From Perna viridis (lineage: Eukaryota): 64,000 nucleotides of DNA. The notes beneath the pieces were generated by a model. That model ran no database searches. It saw only the letters and a list, made by a program, of their open reading frames with translations, and was not told the DNA's origin. The stretch covers positions 43,406,862 to 43,470,861 of the forward strand of contig CM074511.1 of assembly GCA_037379345.1 (NCBI GenBank). The letters are read 5' to 3'. Positions 15,160 through 27,882 of the stretch are shown in pieces (positions within the stretch are counted from its first letter, which is position 1; every line of letters starts with the position of its first letter). The position numbers and the translations under genes are program-made.

Positions 15160-15630
15160 TACTCAAAATTCAATTTTGTACAGAAAAAAGTGAATTTCGT
15201 TCAACAAAAATGAGTTCAGACTAACAAAATTTACAACATACTACAAATTTAAATTTTGTAATGCAAAGTAATCTGCCAGTGGACGAGTTACTTTTTGTAT
15301 TTTGTAACCTAATTTGAATATTGGGTAACAAAAGTCAATTTTGTATGCAAATTAGTTTAGTTTAGTTCTGTGAACTAATTTGCATACAAAACTGAGAAAT
15401 ATTATGACAAAATTAAATTTTGTCACAAAATTCAACTTTGTGTTTACAAAATTGAATTCTGCCATAACAAAATCACTTTTGCATGCAATTTTACACAAAT
15501 TCACTTCTGTGTCACATAAGTCAGTTTTGTGAGACAAAAGTCTATTTTGTGTTACAAAGGTCAATTTTGTATGCAAATTATTTTACAGAATCCTTTAGGT
15601 ATGCAAATGAATTCTCTCGTCACGATTTTG
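15160..15630. repeat. Degenerate 19-21-bp minisatellite of self-complementary units (CAAAA-N5-TTTTG)
   Basis: Repeated caaaattcaattttgt / caaaagtcaattttgt / caaaattaaattttgt / caaaagtctattttgt. Confidence 0.65.
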
Positions 15631-15776
15631 TAAGTATACTCGATCGGTATAGAAATTTCACGTATTTTTATAAGTGTATTTTTTATCTAAAACAATGCGA
15701 CAAAAATGACCAGCCCGTGATAGAACAATGATAAAATGGAGTTTCCGTGATTTATTTCTTATTTCTTAAGTATTAC

Positions 15777-16243
15777 GGTTACAGATCACCAATTCAACCA
15801 ATGAGCATTTGGAACGTACGCAAAAATAGTCCTACACAGAAATTACCCCTGTTCCTCATAGTGCTGTGAAAAAAGTTCTCATCTTATTTAAAAAATTTAA
15901 ACAGTTTCTGAAAGGAAAAACATTTCTGTACATTTTATAGGTGCATTTTGCTTCTTGTGATGTGAAGCCTAATCTCCATAATGATTTTTAAATATACCCC
16001 TATCTTGTGAAAACACTGGGATTTCCCATGCTATTTATAGACCCTTCACTTCCGGTGACCAGTACTGCACTGCAAGTCTGCTAACCCCACATGCCATTCT
16101 GAGGATTGTGAGCTGACATATGTAGAATCATGCTGATATATAGTCATCTGCAGGTTAAAGTTAAGGTAAAGTCCAGAGAAGCCATTGAATATTGTGAAAT
16201 TAGCATAGAAGCCTATGGGAAGTGGAATTAGTGGTTTTTAGCC
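15777..16243. mobile_element. 467-bp non-autonomous TIR element (MITE) with a 4-bp TTAC duplication
   Basis: Imperfect terminal inverted repeats GGTTACAGATCACCAATTC / GAATTAGTGGTTTTTAGCC, TTAC on both sides, and a near-identical copy at 23725-24191. Confidence 0.85.
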
Positions 16244-16384
16244 TTACTATCCTGAGGATATATACATATTCAGTTTGTATCGATCCGAATTAACTTATTT
16301 GACAAAAACAGCACTGAAATCGGTGATCATTCTTATACATTAATGAGATTTCAGGTTAAACTTTTTACATTCATTAAAACTAAG

Positions 16385-17250
16385 ACAAGAGGCTCCCAGG
16401 AACCTGAATCTCTCACCTGGTCAAATTTTTACCTTTCAATGGCAATAATTGTAACAAGGAGTTATCCGTCAATTTTGACTCCAAGAAGACTTTAGTAGGA
16501 CTTACCATAAGGATCATTTCATCAATAGAAAGTTCCATTCTAACTATTAGAGTTTTCAAGATATTGGCTGAAAACTGCTAAAATGTATTTTTTTTGCATT
16601 TCAAGGGCAATAACCCTTACACGGAGTCGTCTGACAATTTTGATCCCTATAGACTTTTGTAGGCCTTATAATAAAGATCATTTCAGCAATTGAAAGATAT
16701 TGGCTAAGCCTAACATTTTTGGAGATATATGCAAAAAACTTCTGTCTGACCCCTATGTTCTATTTTAACTAACGACGGTCATGTTTTTTAACCGATCAAA
16801 AATTATTTTGTTAAGGATACCCTAAAAACAAAAATGCCAACTTTCATTGAATTCTGTACAGTAGTTTCTGAGGAAAAGATTTTTTAAAGTAATAACAACA
16901 AATCCAGCAAAAAAACACCCAAAAAGGGCAGTAACTCCAATATGGGTCAACATATTTTCACCAAAATTTGACCACAGATAAATCTCATCATGCTAATTAC
17001 TTTAACTTGTTGTCAAAATTTGGTTAAACTAAGGGTTTTGGAGATATATGCAAAACTTTGCTGTCTGACCCCTATGTTCTATTTTTAATAACGACGGCCA
17101 TGTTTTCTAAGTGATCAAAAATCCAAACGGTCATTTTGTTGTAGGATACTCTAAGGAATAATCATATAAAGTTTCATCTAAATCTATTCAGTAGTTTCAG
17201 ATGAGATGTTTGAAGAAATTGTTAACGACGACGACGGACGCCAAGTGATA
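16385..17250 (+). mobile_element. Helentron/HINE-like non-autonomous element with internal tandem repeats
   Basis: Starts acaagaggctccc...ctcacctggtc (a related start is at about 47958). Internal repeats ctgtctgacccctatgttctatt at 16742 and 17062; gacgacgacggacgccaagtga near the end. The family assignment is from recalled resemblance to bivalve elements. Confidence 0.55.
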
Positions 17251-18153
17251 TGTGATGTTAAAATGTAGTAGTAAACTAAATTTTATAACCTTCCGCTGCC
17301 GAAAAAAATAAATTATCGTAATTTGACACTAGAATTACGATAATTTAGTCAGAGCAGACAGATTTGCAATAGCTGTCTCTCTATTTGTTATACATTCTAT
17401 CTGTTCTTACTATTTCTGATAATTATCAGAGATCAAATGGACAGAAAAAAAATCACACGAAATGTGTAAGGACTTAACCAATAAAATTACAAAGTATCGG
17501 TCAAAACTTAACATCATATCTTTTCCTATGAATATGTTTACTACTAAATTTGACCAATATATTTATGCCATGTTATGTCTTCATAAAAACTGGAACTTTG
17601 CACCTTAATAGTGTATAACTACTTGAACGTTTATCATGTGATAATTGCATGATCAACAGTTTATATAACACTTAAAGGAGAAGACTATATTATTGTGTAA
17701 GTCATAAATATCGAAACTAATCTATTAAATATTCATGAAAATTAAATTGAAACAAAATAATTTCTTTTTCTTAACTAATTAATCGAGATTTATAATTAGA
17801 AAATTTGATTCCAGATGAAAGTACTTTAAGTAAAAAATTAATCAATTATCATATAAAAAAACTCCTTTATATGACTTTTATGAGTGACGTGGAATTGAAA
17901 TATGAAAATAACTCTGCATTTGCTCTATATAATTGTATGCAATTTAATACCAGTTATTACTTGTGCACATAATTTGAAAGTATTAGTATTAGTATTTAAA
18001 TAGACTATCTTTATTTTATTTTTTGTGCTCACTTAGCATAATATTGTATTATGCGTGAGTCATCTCAGATTTCATAAGGTATGAATACCTTTTTGTCTTT
18101 AAAGAATTTTTATACATCCGTTGAATGAACGGTATTACAAAAAGCAGACAAAA

Positions 18154-21100
18154 ATGAGGTAAATATTTAGTTTGTAAATTGCATAAGTTAAAGCAAATTA
18201 TAGAATGCATATGATTTTGTTTATAAAATAAATTCTAAAGTGAATTTTCGGTGTTCTTATTGTTGTAATCTAATTATGCACGGTAAACTATTATTTTCAT
18301 TAGTATATATGCAAATCTTATGTGGAAAATAATACAACACGAAGATAACTTTACATTAGATTAAAAGGGGTATGGGCTGTGTTTTACATGTTTGCAGCTA
18401 GTACTGAATAGGTTAAAATTTTTGAACAACTTGGTGTTATATAAAACACTATGAGTGGACTAAATTGTTAGTTACTGCTTTTCTAGTCGTGGTTCAGAAC
18501 CAATGTTTCAAAAATCCTCATCCATGTCTGGTCAGACCGGCAAACGGATTCTAAAACCCCATAAAACCAAGGGTAAGAGAGGACCACGCTACAGCTCTAA
18601 TATATTTGCTATGTTCGAGGAATCACAGATTCAGGAGTTCAAAGAGGCCTTCAATATGATTGACCAGAATCGCGATGGTCTTATTGACAAGGAAGACCTT
18701 GGTGATATGCTAGCGTCATTAGGTGAGTTGTCTGTATACGAAAGTAGCTTAGTATTTCAAGTCCGTTGGCAGTCTCATCGGTTATACTGCGTAAAACATT
18801 CGAAAAAACTTTCTATAAACAAAACATAACGAACTGTTAACATAGGGAGATCACGCAACAGTGCATGAGCCATTTTTTTTTTGTCATACAATAGTATACT
18901 GTTGAATAAAGATATATGTACATTTGTATATGAATACCTTTTATGAAATCATCAAATTCTTCAAGGTAAAAACCCGACTGACCACTACCTGGAGGAAATG
19001 ATGAACTGTGCACCAGGCCCTATTAACTTTACCATGTTCTTAACTATGTTTGGGCAGAAACTCCAGGGAACGGACCCCGAAGACGTGATCAGGAATGCAT
19101 TTGCCTGCTTCGATGTTAGTGGATCAGGTAAAAAAGCTATTGTTAGTGGATCTGGTAAAAAAGCTATGAGTATCACCATGTATGGATCAACGAAATTAGC
19201 GAGCAACGTTTCTCTTTTCCTTTTTATTGTGTATTTTTTTTCTTTTTTTATATTTTTTAATTTTCTGTATCATTTACTTTAGATGTGCCTAAATTGCACA
19301 TGAGCGTTTTTATTATTTTTTTTTATTTATTTTTTTTTCGTTTATCATAATTTTTCTTTTGATAAGTTCCTAAAGAAGTGGACATTTGAAAAATAAAAGA
19401 TGCACATCTATATTCTATTTTGTATCAACAATTTACCAAACAGTAATGGGAAAGTTTTTTCTTTTATTAAATTCTTGTATATAAGAACAAGTTTTTAATT
19501 AACAAGATTGATTGTTCAATTGTGTTTTTTTTCTCTCTTTATTTTAATGTCGCAAATGGATAATCAAGCGTAAAAAAATAATCAGAAACTCGAAAGACAA
19601 TAATCATATCACACACAACATGTAGAAACAAGAGATACACACTGATGTATTTATGTGTTTACGTGCTGTACTAAATATAGGTCGTGCTGCAAGGTCTTCA
19701 TTTTGAAAATAAACACCCAAAACCTATAAACGATTTTTTTTTTCAGTACTTCATGCACACAAATCATTTTTGGATTTAGAATGTACAAATGTATTTTGTA
19801 CTAATGCTGCTGATGAGCTATACTCTTTAAAACATGCGCACAACATATCGAACTAAAGATCCCCAAGGCATTCACCAGCTCAGTAGGCAGACTTGTATGT
19901 TCCCGAATTTATCATAGCTCATTAAACGAAAATTGTATTATTACGAATTTAAAAAGCCATAAACAATGAAGTTTCATTTCTTGTACTGCACTTAATAGAA
20001 TTTGAATCGCACTTTGTAGATTTTTTTCATACTAAATTTGACTTCCCATTTGAATTTTTGAGGGATTTTGGGAACTTCTTGCACAATTTACTTTTGGATT
20101 TAGATCATCCTAGATATATATCCCTATGTATTTGGTTCTTATACTGCTGATGGAATTGTGGTATTTTTCATTGATTGCTATTTATCTTCTGTATACTTCC
20201 CCAAATTAAATAGTCCGGGTGTCAAAAGAATAGGCCTGCAGCAGCGCTAAGCTTGTCGTAAAAGGAGACTAAATAGTGAAAGATGCCACGTTTCTTGCAT
20301 ATTAAAAAAAACCCTACTGTGGTATTCTCCCGGAGTAGGAACCATAGGGCTCCGCCGTAGGAGGCTAAATTGTCCCGCCCTACCCACCTCTCCCTATTTC
20401 TAGTGGCAATCAAAATTTGTCGACCTTGTGTCCCATCCTTTTTTTTTTCATTTCATCATCATTTCATGTTCATTTTATCATCCATTTCATGTTCATCGCC
20501 TGAATGTAGCTGAAATATTGCTGCTCGGGCTTTAAACCCAACGATAAGTACCTGAAATGAATTAATACTTAAATTTTACGAACAAATAATACCATATATT
20601 TTGATAATTCAATTTCGAATGTATTCTAACCATATTGTAAGGTGATTAATGTAAATTGATATGACATGGATTTCAGGTTTAATTGATGAACATGAACTAA
20701 GGGAGCTGCTTACGACAATGGGAGAACGTCTCACACAAGACGAAGTAAGTTTCAAAAGAAGCATAAAAAAATCACCAAAACAACAATATAAAACAATCAT
20801 TATAATCACTTTCATAATCATCTAACTATTAAAAACTTCTGAAAAGCATCCGTGATTTTGATATCTTTACGAGTTTTTTTTTCAAATTGATAATACAATG
20901 TAAAAATGCGAAACCGATTTATCTCGGTTCCTATGTTCGCTTGATTGAGTTCATGCTGCAATTGATTGGTTTAAACATATTTTATTACTTATTAAGTAAT
21001 GAATCTGACACAAGTTATACCAACTTATATAGTTTTCTCCAATATGATATATTTAACAATAATACGAGCATGACAGACATGTACAAGTTCATAAACATTT

Positions 21101-21353
21101 TATCAACAGAAGAATGCATGGAAAATAAAACGAAATGCATCCATATATAGATGTTTCTTCCGATGACGACGATGATGGTGACGGTGACGATGCGATTGAT
21201 TCAGGTGATAGCAACAAAATTCTATAGTTGTCAATGGTTAATATATTACAGGTAGATGAAATATTACGGGAGGCACCATGTTATGGAGGAAAGTTTGATT
21301 ATGTTGCCTTCTCTAAAATGCTTAAACATGGTAAACCAAGCAAGAACACATAG
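18154..21353 (+). CDS. Myosin II regulatory light chain (sqh/MYL9/MYL12-like, divergent), copy A, about 190 aa
   Basis: Exons 18154-18158 (ATG AG, inferred start micro-exon with donor gtaaat, in frame with the acceptor ttctag at 18486), 18487-18722, 18966-19127, 20677-20744, 21252-21353 (TAG). Motifs [85 protein letters not shown]. The first micro-exon is less certain than the rest; ATGs at 18503 and 18524 are alternative starts. Confidence 0.9.
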
Positions 21354-23279
21354 ATATTCAAAAAAAAAGAGCTGGAATATGGAAATGATATGGCATGAAA
21401 AATAGAATATTCTAAATCGTTCTTTATGTGTGATACTATACACCAATTTGCATCGTATCATTTTTAATTGTATTAAGAGTCATTATCTTTAAAAATCAAG
21501 TAATGGCAGATACCTCTGTCGTCTGGACATGTTATGTCATGTCGTGATTTATTTTGCGCATTCTGTATGTACCATATAGCAAAATAATTGATCACCTCAC
21601 CCTTTTCCGAGAGTCGCTTTTCAGGGCAACTGTTAATTCCATATCTGGACCTAAAATGATACTCAGAAAATGCATGTAAATCTGCTCATAGAAATTTTGT
21701 TGAAATTTGCTTCAGCTTTGAACAAATTATCACATTTTTTTCATTTGTTTACCTTCAAAAGTAATATGACTTAGTGTATAGAGTAAATATTGCTGTATAC
21801 TTTTTTTTTTATTTCGTCCCAAAGAACCCGTCTTCAGCCAACTGTGTAGGACACTTTTCTTCTCTACGACAGAGTCACTGTTATATATTTTTTGGTTTTT
21901 TTAATTTCGATAAACGTGCGCGTTCTACAGAAAGTTGATGTATTCAATCAATCTCATATTTCATAGAGATATGTTTTGCCGTCAAGGACAAATATGTCAT
22001 TTCAAAGGTGAGGCATTTGCCTCTTTTGCCTCCATTGCGCCACTGCCATGTTATTCACATTAAGGTATACAAATTGTAAAAAAAACGAATATGGTGAAAC
22101 GCAACATAACCAAAAGCCAAAATAGTAAATTATACTTTCAGAAATCACCGGAAGGTCTTCAACAAGCATAAACACACCTTTAGGTAACTATGACATCAAA
22201 AACCAAAAACCATTTTTAATCACAGTTGTTTATATTTAAAAGTTTTAAAAATAAAACATACTTTTTTCTACACGTGATTTTCTTTGTCCAGTAGAATCAA
22301 TTTACATTGAACTTGAGCTTTAAATAACCCAATCAAATGACGGAACTTTTTTTATAAAAGTGAATATATAAGTATTAGGAGTACCCACACAACTTTATAT
22401 CGCTGTACTAGTGTAGTGTCAAAATTATATAGAAGAAGGTAAGTATTTTGTTACAGCTATCGAAAACCAGCTTTAGTTTCTCAGTTATATTTTCCTGCGT
22501 TTATGAAATGTGAATACATCTTATTCATACGGAGCTCTTTTCATATATTTATTCTTCCTCTATCTACATTCGAATGATTTTTTTTAAATGTATTATAGGG
22601 ACATCTATGTGAGAAATGGTCTGGTGGGCCCAAATTATGATTTAGTTTTTCTATTATATTTTCCTGCTATCGAATGGCTCAATTCAAATTTCATTTTAAT
22701 TTTGGACAAAGGGAATATTTAACAATTTTATGTCATAGCAACTTGATATTTAGGCCCCATACTGCATTGACTAAATTCAGATCTTATTTAATGGAATTCA
22801 CTTCCTGCCCACTAAAATGTGCATAGTTTCAAGCCTTTATGATAAAAATGACAACTTCGTCTGTGTTCGTTTACGATGCAAACTGATATTTTCCATGAGT
22901 TTCTGTGCAAAGTTTGAATAGATACAAAAATAACCCTTGTTATTTTACAAATTTTGAAATGCTGTACACGTGTTTCAAAGAGAAATCGATCATCGGCAGC
23001 ATTAGAACCATATACATAGGAAAATCTGACTTAAAGAAAATAAGTAGTATAAAAGATTCGAAGTGCTCAAAACAAAAATAATACCGAATTAGGGAGCCAC
23101 ACCCAGGAGATAAAAACCTAGTATGTACACGTAGATCAGATCACATATATATAAGAAGAAATAAGTTCTTGCATATAAAGGAATAACGAGTAATCTAAAA
23201 TTGAGAAGTGTTTAGATGTTCCATTCAGCTGGAACATCTTATGTTTGAACACTAGAACACATATATATAATGAGAATAG

Positions 23280-23400
23280 GTATGTCAAAGAGACAACAAC
23301 CCAACCGTGATGAAAATATCAGCCCTAGGCCACCCATTGGTCTTCAATTAACGAGAGGAAATCCTCATACCTCAGGGCAGGCTGCAGCTGGCCCATAAAC
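23280..23400 (+). repeat. Dispersed repeat fragment (also 34538-34655 and, inverted, about 60948-61045)
   Basis: tgtcaaagagacaacaaccc ... ggtcttcaa ... gcagctgg; reverse complement found in a TMC intron. Confidence 0.6.
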
Positions 23401-23519
23401 ATCATTATACACGGTACAGCGAATGAGTTGCACCGATATACTTGATATATAATGTTTCCTCAAGTTCCCTCAGGTTTATCAATACTGGAGTGATTTAGGT
23501 GTGGAAAATCTTATTTTAA

Positions 23520-24544
23520 GGTGCATCATTACCTTTCAACAAATATGGCCCAAATTTCACCACTAATTTTCTTCTGACTACAGACAAACCTGCGTATATA
23601 GAAATGAAAAAAAGATGCGTCAAGTTTGTGTAAAATTAAATCAAAGACTTTTGCTGGGTTATTTTTTTTGTAAATTCTGCAGAGAGTGCAAAAATAAACA
23701 AGCACGTGAGATTCACTTGATTTAGGTTACAGACCACCAATTCAACCAATGAGCATTTGGAACGTACGCAAAAATAGTCCTACGCAGAAATTACCCCTGT
23801 TCCTCATAGTGCTGTGAAAAAAGTTCTCATCTTATTTAAAAAATTTAAACAGTTTCTGAAAGGAAAAACATTTCTGTACATTTTATAGGTGCATTTTGCT
23901 TCTTGTGATGTGAAGCCTAATCTCCATAATGATTTTTAAATATACCCCTATCTTGTGAAAACACTGGGATTTCCCATGCTATTTATAGACCCTTCACTTC
24001 CGGTGACCAGTACTGCACTGCAAGTCTGCTAACCCCACATGCCATTCTGAGGATTGTGAGCTGACATATGTAGAATCATGCTGATATATAGTCCTCTGCA
24101 GGTTAAAGTTAAGGTAAAGTCCAGAGAAGCCATTGAATATTGTGAAATTAGCATAGAAGCCTATGGGAATTGGAATTAGTGGTTTTTAGCCTTGATATGG
24201 TCCACTCATTTACGAAATTCAAATCACATATTGTGTATAGGTGGTTATTATCCTTCTGTTGACCTGCATGTTAATGTGAATAGAGTTTACCTTTAATACC
24301 TAGGGAACATCTCAAAACATTCTACAGGCTTATTTCATTTTTGCCCTCGCGGTAGAATTGATGAAATTAAAACAGGAAAAGTCAGTCCAGTTTTTGACAC
24401 AGTTTTACATAAAATGCATGCAACTTTCTAATATCTAGGGGATGCCGTGCCTTAAAATTCCTCTAGATACACAGTTCTGTCTCTAGTCAGACGGAAATTA
24501 GTGTTGAAACTGAGGCCATATTTGTTGAAAGGTAATGATGAACC
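23520..24544. mobile_element. Non-autonomous DNA transposon with TTAA target duplication and about 60-bp TIRs (Kolobok-like)
   Basis: TTAA|GGTGCATCATTACCTTTCAACAAATATGGCC ... GGCCATATTTGTTGAAAGGTAATGATGAACC|TTAA. Only the left end survives in unit B (34775). Confidence 0.8.
23725..24191. mobile_element. Second copy of the 467-bp MITE, nested in a TTAA element
   Basis: Near-identical to 15777-16243 and absent at the matching site of unit B (about 34970). Confidence 0.85.
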
Positions 24545-27500
24545 TTAATGCGCCCGAAACACATACCTTAATTTCATATAATTTATTTGAGAAATTTCGT
24601 TTTTTTCTAGAATGGTAAAAATGTAAATAAAATCAATAATTTTCATTCTGTGCATTTAAGTAGTGTAGTCATAATAGCACTTTTAATTGGGCATTTATTC
24701 GCTAACTCATTGTATACAACTAATATTTTGATTATGATCTTCCTACATATTAGATTTTAATGCTGCTGATGAGAGGTTACTCCTTTAAATACGTGTACAG
24801 CATACTTTTCTTTCTATACAACGAAGTACATTGACCCCAAAGTATAACCCCAAAGTATAACCCCAAAAGGAAAATCTAAGCGCCTAGATTGATCAGATAT
24901 GCTGGGTACATCATTATCTTAATTATGAATGCCAAAAGTATGAGTTTTACAGTGTCGATGTGCTTTGAATGAGAATTCTGTTTGATATTGAGACCAGTTT
25001 TCTAGGTGTAGGGGATAATATTTTCAACATTTTTTTAAAATTGTTTCCTGAAAATTAGTTTTTCGTGATTTCTTCATGTAGACAATAAGATTATCTATCG
25101 AATAATACCATAATTTAAACGTTTTAGCTGAGCAATAACTCGTAGAGCCGAAATTATACGACCTTTTACAGAGAAATCGAAAATCCGAAGAAAATGGCCA
25201 CAAGTCATCAAAATAAGCCATTTTTTACGGAAGCGTAAATACTCTAGGGGTTTTGAATTGAAAAATATGCCAATTTAAGCGATTTTTCGGTGGGGTAGGG
25301 GTTCATTTTTTTTTAAAATTACTCCAAAAACTTGTTACTGCAACTTTCTTGACACTATTGTAAAGCTGAGACATTGGGCCACATGTTTATACCTATATAT
25401 GTTAATATATTTCGCTGTGTAGAAAGAAGAAGTTCGAAGAATAAAAAAAACGTAAAAATATAGAAATTTGCCTCAACGATGTATAAAAATAGCCAAAAAA
25501 TACAAAAATGCTTCAGTATATTTTTTAGCGACAAAATAATCGTAAATGGGAGGTATAAGAGTTATCAAATTTTCTTATCATATTTTGGTTGATGAGTTGT
25601 GGGGAGTGCAAGGTGGACCCACCCAGCCCATGGACTAAAACATCTATTGAATAAAACAGGTTAGATTGTGAGGAGGTGATATAAGATTTTGAAAAAAAGT
25701 TGTAGGAAGCCTTTAGATTTTCAATTGACTATTTTTAAAATGTAAAATGTATTCTCGCGTTCATTTCTAGTAAGCACTTCGTTTTAGTGCTATTTCTAAA
25801 ATATAAATACAGGCCTTTAACTTTGTTTCTATTTTTTTAAAGATTGACATGGTATGTATTGATTCAGTAGAGCAATCAGTACAGGAACAAATATGGGTAC
25901 GTTTTGAAAACTGACCGAAATACTACATGACTGAATTTAGTGTTATTATTTTGATGGTATTTAAAAGGCGCTTCCATTAAAGTCTGTTGTAGAAGTTTTT
26001 TCTTAGTGCAATTTCCGAAAATTCGAGGTTAAAGTTACAAATTTTGTTCATTTACGTCATTTTCCAAGGACATTCCTGCAAAGTGTTAAATAGTCAAATA
26101 TCATATTTTGTCTCTTTCATTGTCAAACTATGAACTCTCCTGGAAGACCAAAGGAGAGCATAAATTTAAAAAATAAATGCAAAACCATAGATTGTTTGCT
26201 TTGAATTGTAAACAATTGTACATTTGTATTTTTTTTTGTCGAAAATTCGAATGAAATCCTTCAAAATACAAAGCCACAAGTGTGTGTAAAAAATACCTGC
26301 GTTTACACTTATTGAAGACCTTTTGGTGATCTCTGTAAGTATTTACTATTTTTATGAAGGAGTTATGATGGTACATTTGTTGCATTTCATCATATCTGTC
26401 ACTTTTTTTCTTATCTTACAACATCTTAAACCAAAATTACAAATTTTGTCGTTATCTTCAATTGATGGCAATTGTTTGAATGTAAACTATATTGATTTTG
26501 GTAGACAAATTCAAAGGTGAATATCAAAGTATACAAAGACTTTAGGACAGATTTTTCTTTCCAAAATTAACTAAATTGGAATAAATATATCACTTATCAT
26601 TACAATATCGTATGTAAATACTTTTAGGCAGCTAAATTTTTTTGTTGAAATCTATTACATATGAAATATTAAACCTACGTGTATTTATGTAAAATTATTG
26701 AGAAAAAAAACATTTTCAAAGGGGCGTTTTCAAGTTGCATTTTTTTTTGTAAACCTCTCCCCAAAAAATTCTTGTGGTGAAAATTCTGTGTCTGTCGGTC
26801 ATCTCTTGAAATGGCACTCAATGTCAAATTGATGTAGTATCAGTACAACTCAATGCAACTAAGAATGATAAAATAGTGGTATTTAGAATGGAATATACCA
26901 ATTTTAATTTATCAAACTTAGTTATGATATCTTTGGTACATTTACCTCTTTAAGAAATATTGCACTCGAATGAAACTCTTGGTAAAATTATACTTTTGAT
27001 TTCATTGCCACATATGATACTTTTTAGAAATTAATTTCCAATATAAAATAAAACGAATAGTACCACAAGGTTGTATCGTGTCACCAATATGTTGCCTATC
27101 TATACCTTTACGAAATAAAACTACAAAGGAAAACATAACAAAATCAATATAATAAGGAGCCCTTTATGATAAGCTTGGCATATAAAGAAACAACGCCAAC
27201 GGTTGCTCAGAATCGACTAACAAACTTACCACCAGTTAAAATAGTACTCTGCGGAATGACCAAATCATTAGGGTTGAAGACAGTATATACCTAGGCTTGT
27301 AAAGTTAGATTTAACCACAAAGCCATGCATAGCAAATACGCGATTGGAGCGACAAAATATTCTATAATGATTATCCCTTTGTTATGAACAATGAAGGGAA
27401 CATATTGTAAAATAAATGGATTTTATTAACTTGTAGTTAAAGAATAAAGCAAGTGAAGTGAATATACATTTAAATCCAAGTATCTGAAAATGTCATCCAT

Positions 27501-27571
27501 GGTTAACGAAGTTAAAATTACTGACTGGATGAATGTATAATTAAAATGGGATATCTATTTATTTCTAATAA

Positions 27572-27882
27572 AGAGTAATCAAGGGAACCAAGGTTATAGC
27601 GGTAATCAAAAGAATGTAATCCAGGGACAAAGACCAGACATGGAAAACAGACATACACAACAAAGAACATAAAGTAACTAAAATCATACATACAAAGTAA
27701 CAAAAGTAAATGAGCAACTCGGACTCCACTAAAACTGGGAGCATGGACCAGGTGCACCGGTAGGGTAAGCGTCCTCTGCTTTTCTAGAAACACCCGCCGA
27801 GTTGCTCATACAAAATCAAGACCGGGGTAGACAAACGAGGAAAGGAAAACTATAACCCGTTGAATAAATCAGTTTTCATGGT
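27572..27882 (-). mobile_element. Short 3'-end copy of the Penelope-like element
   Basis: Matches 43350-43660 and ends at the common terminus GGTTCCCTTGATTACTCT. This is the best-preserved copy of the structured module. Confidence 0.85.

Noticed and set aside
15160-15630. CRISPR-like look of the spaced palindromic repeats
   Set aside because: Eukaryotic context, degenerate units, no unique spacers, no cas genes.
19805-19830. ctgatgag hammerhead-like half motifs (also near 24765)
   Set aside because: No correctly spaced GAAA...UH half; at most these are deleted remnants.
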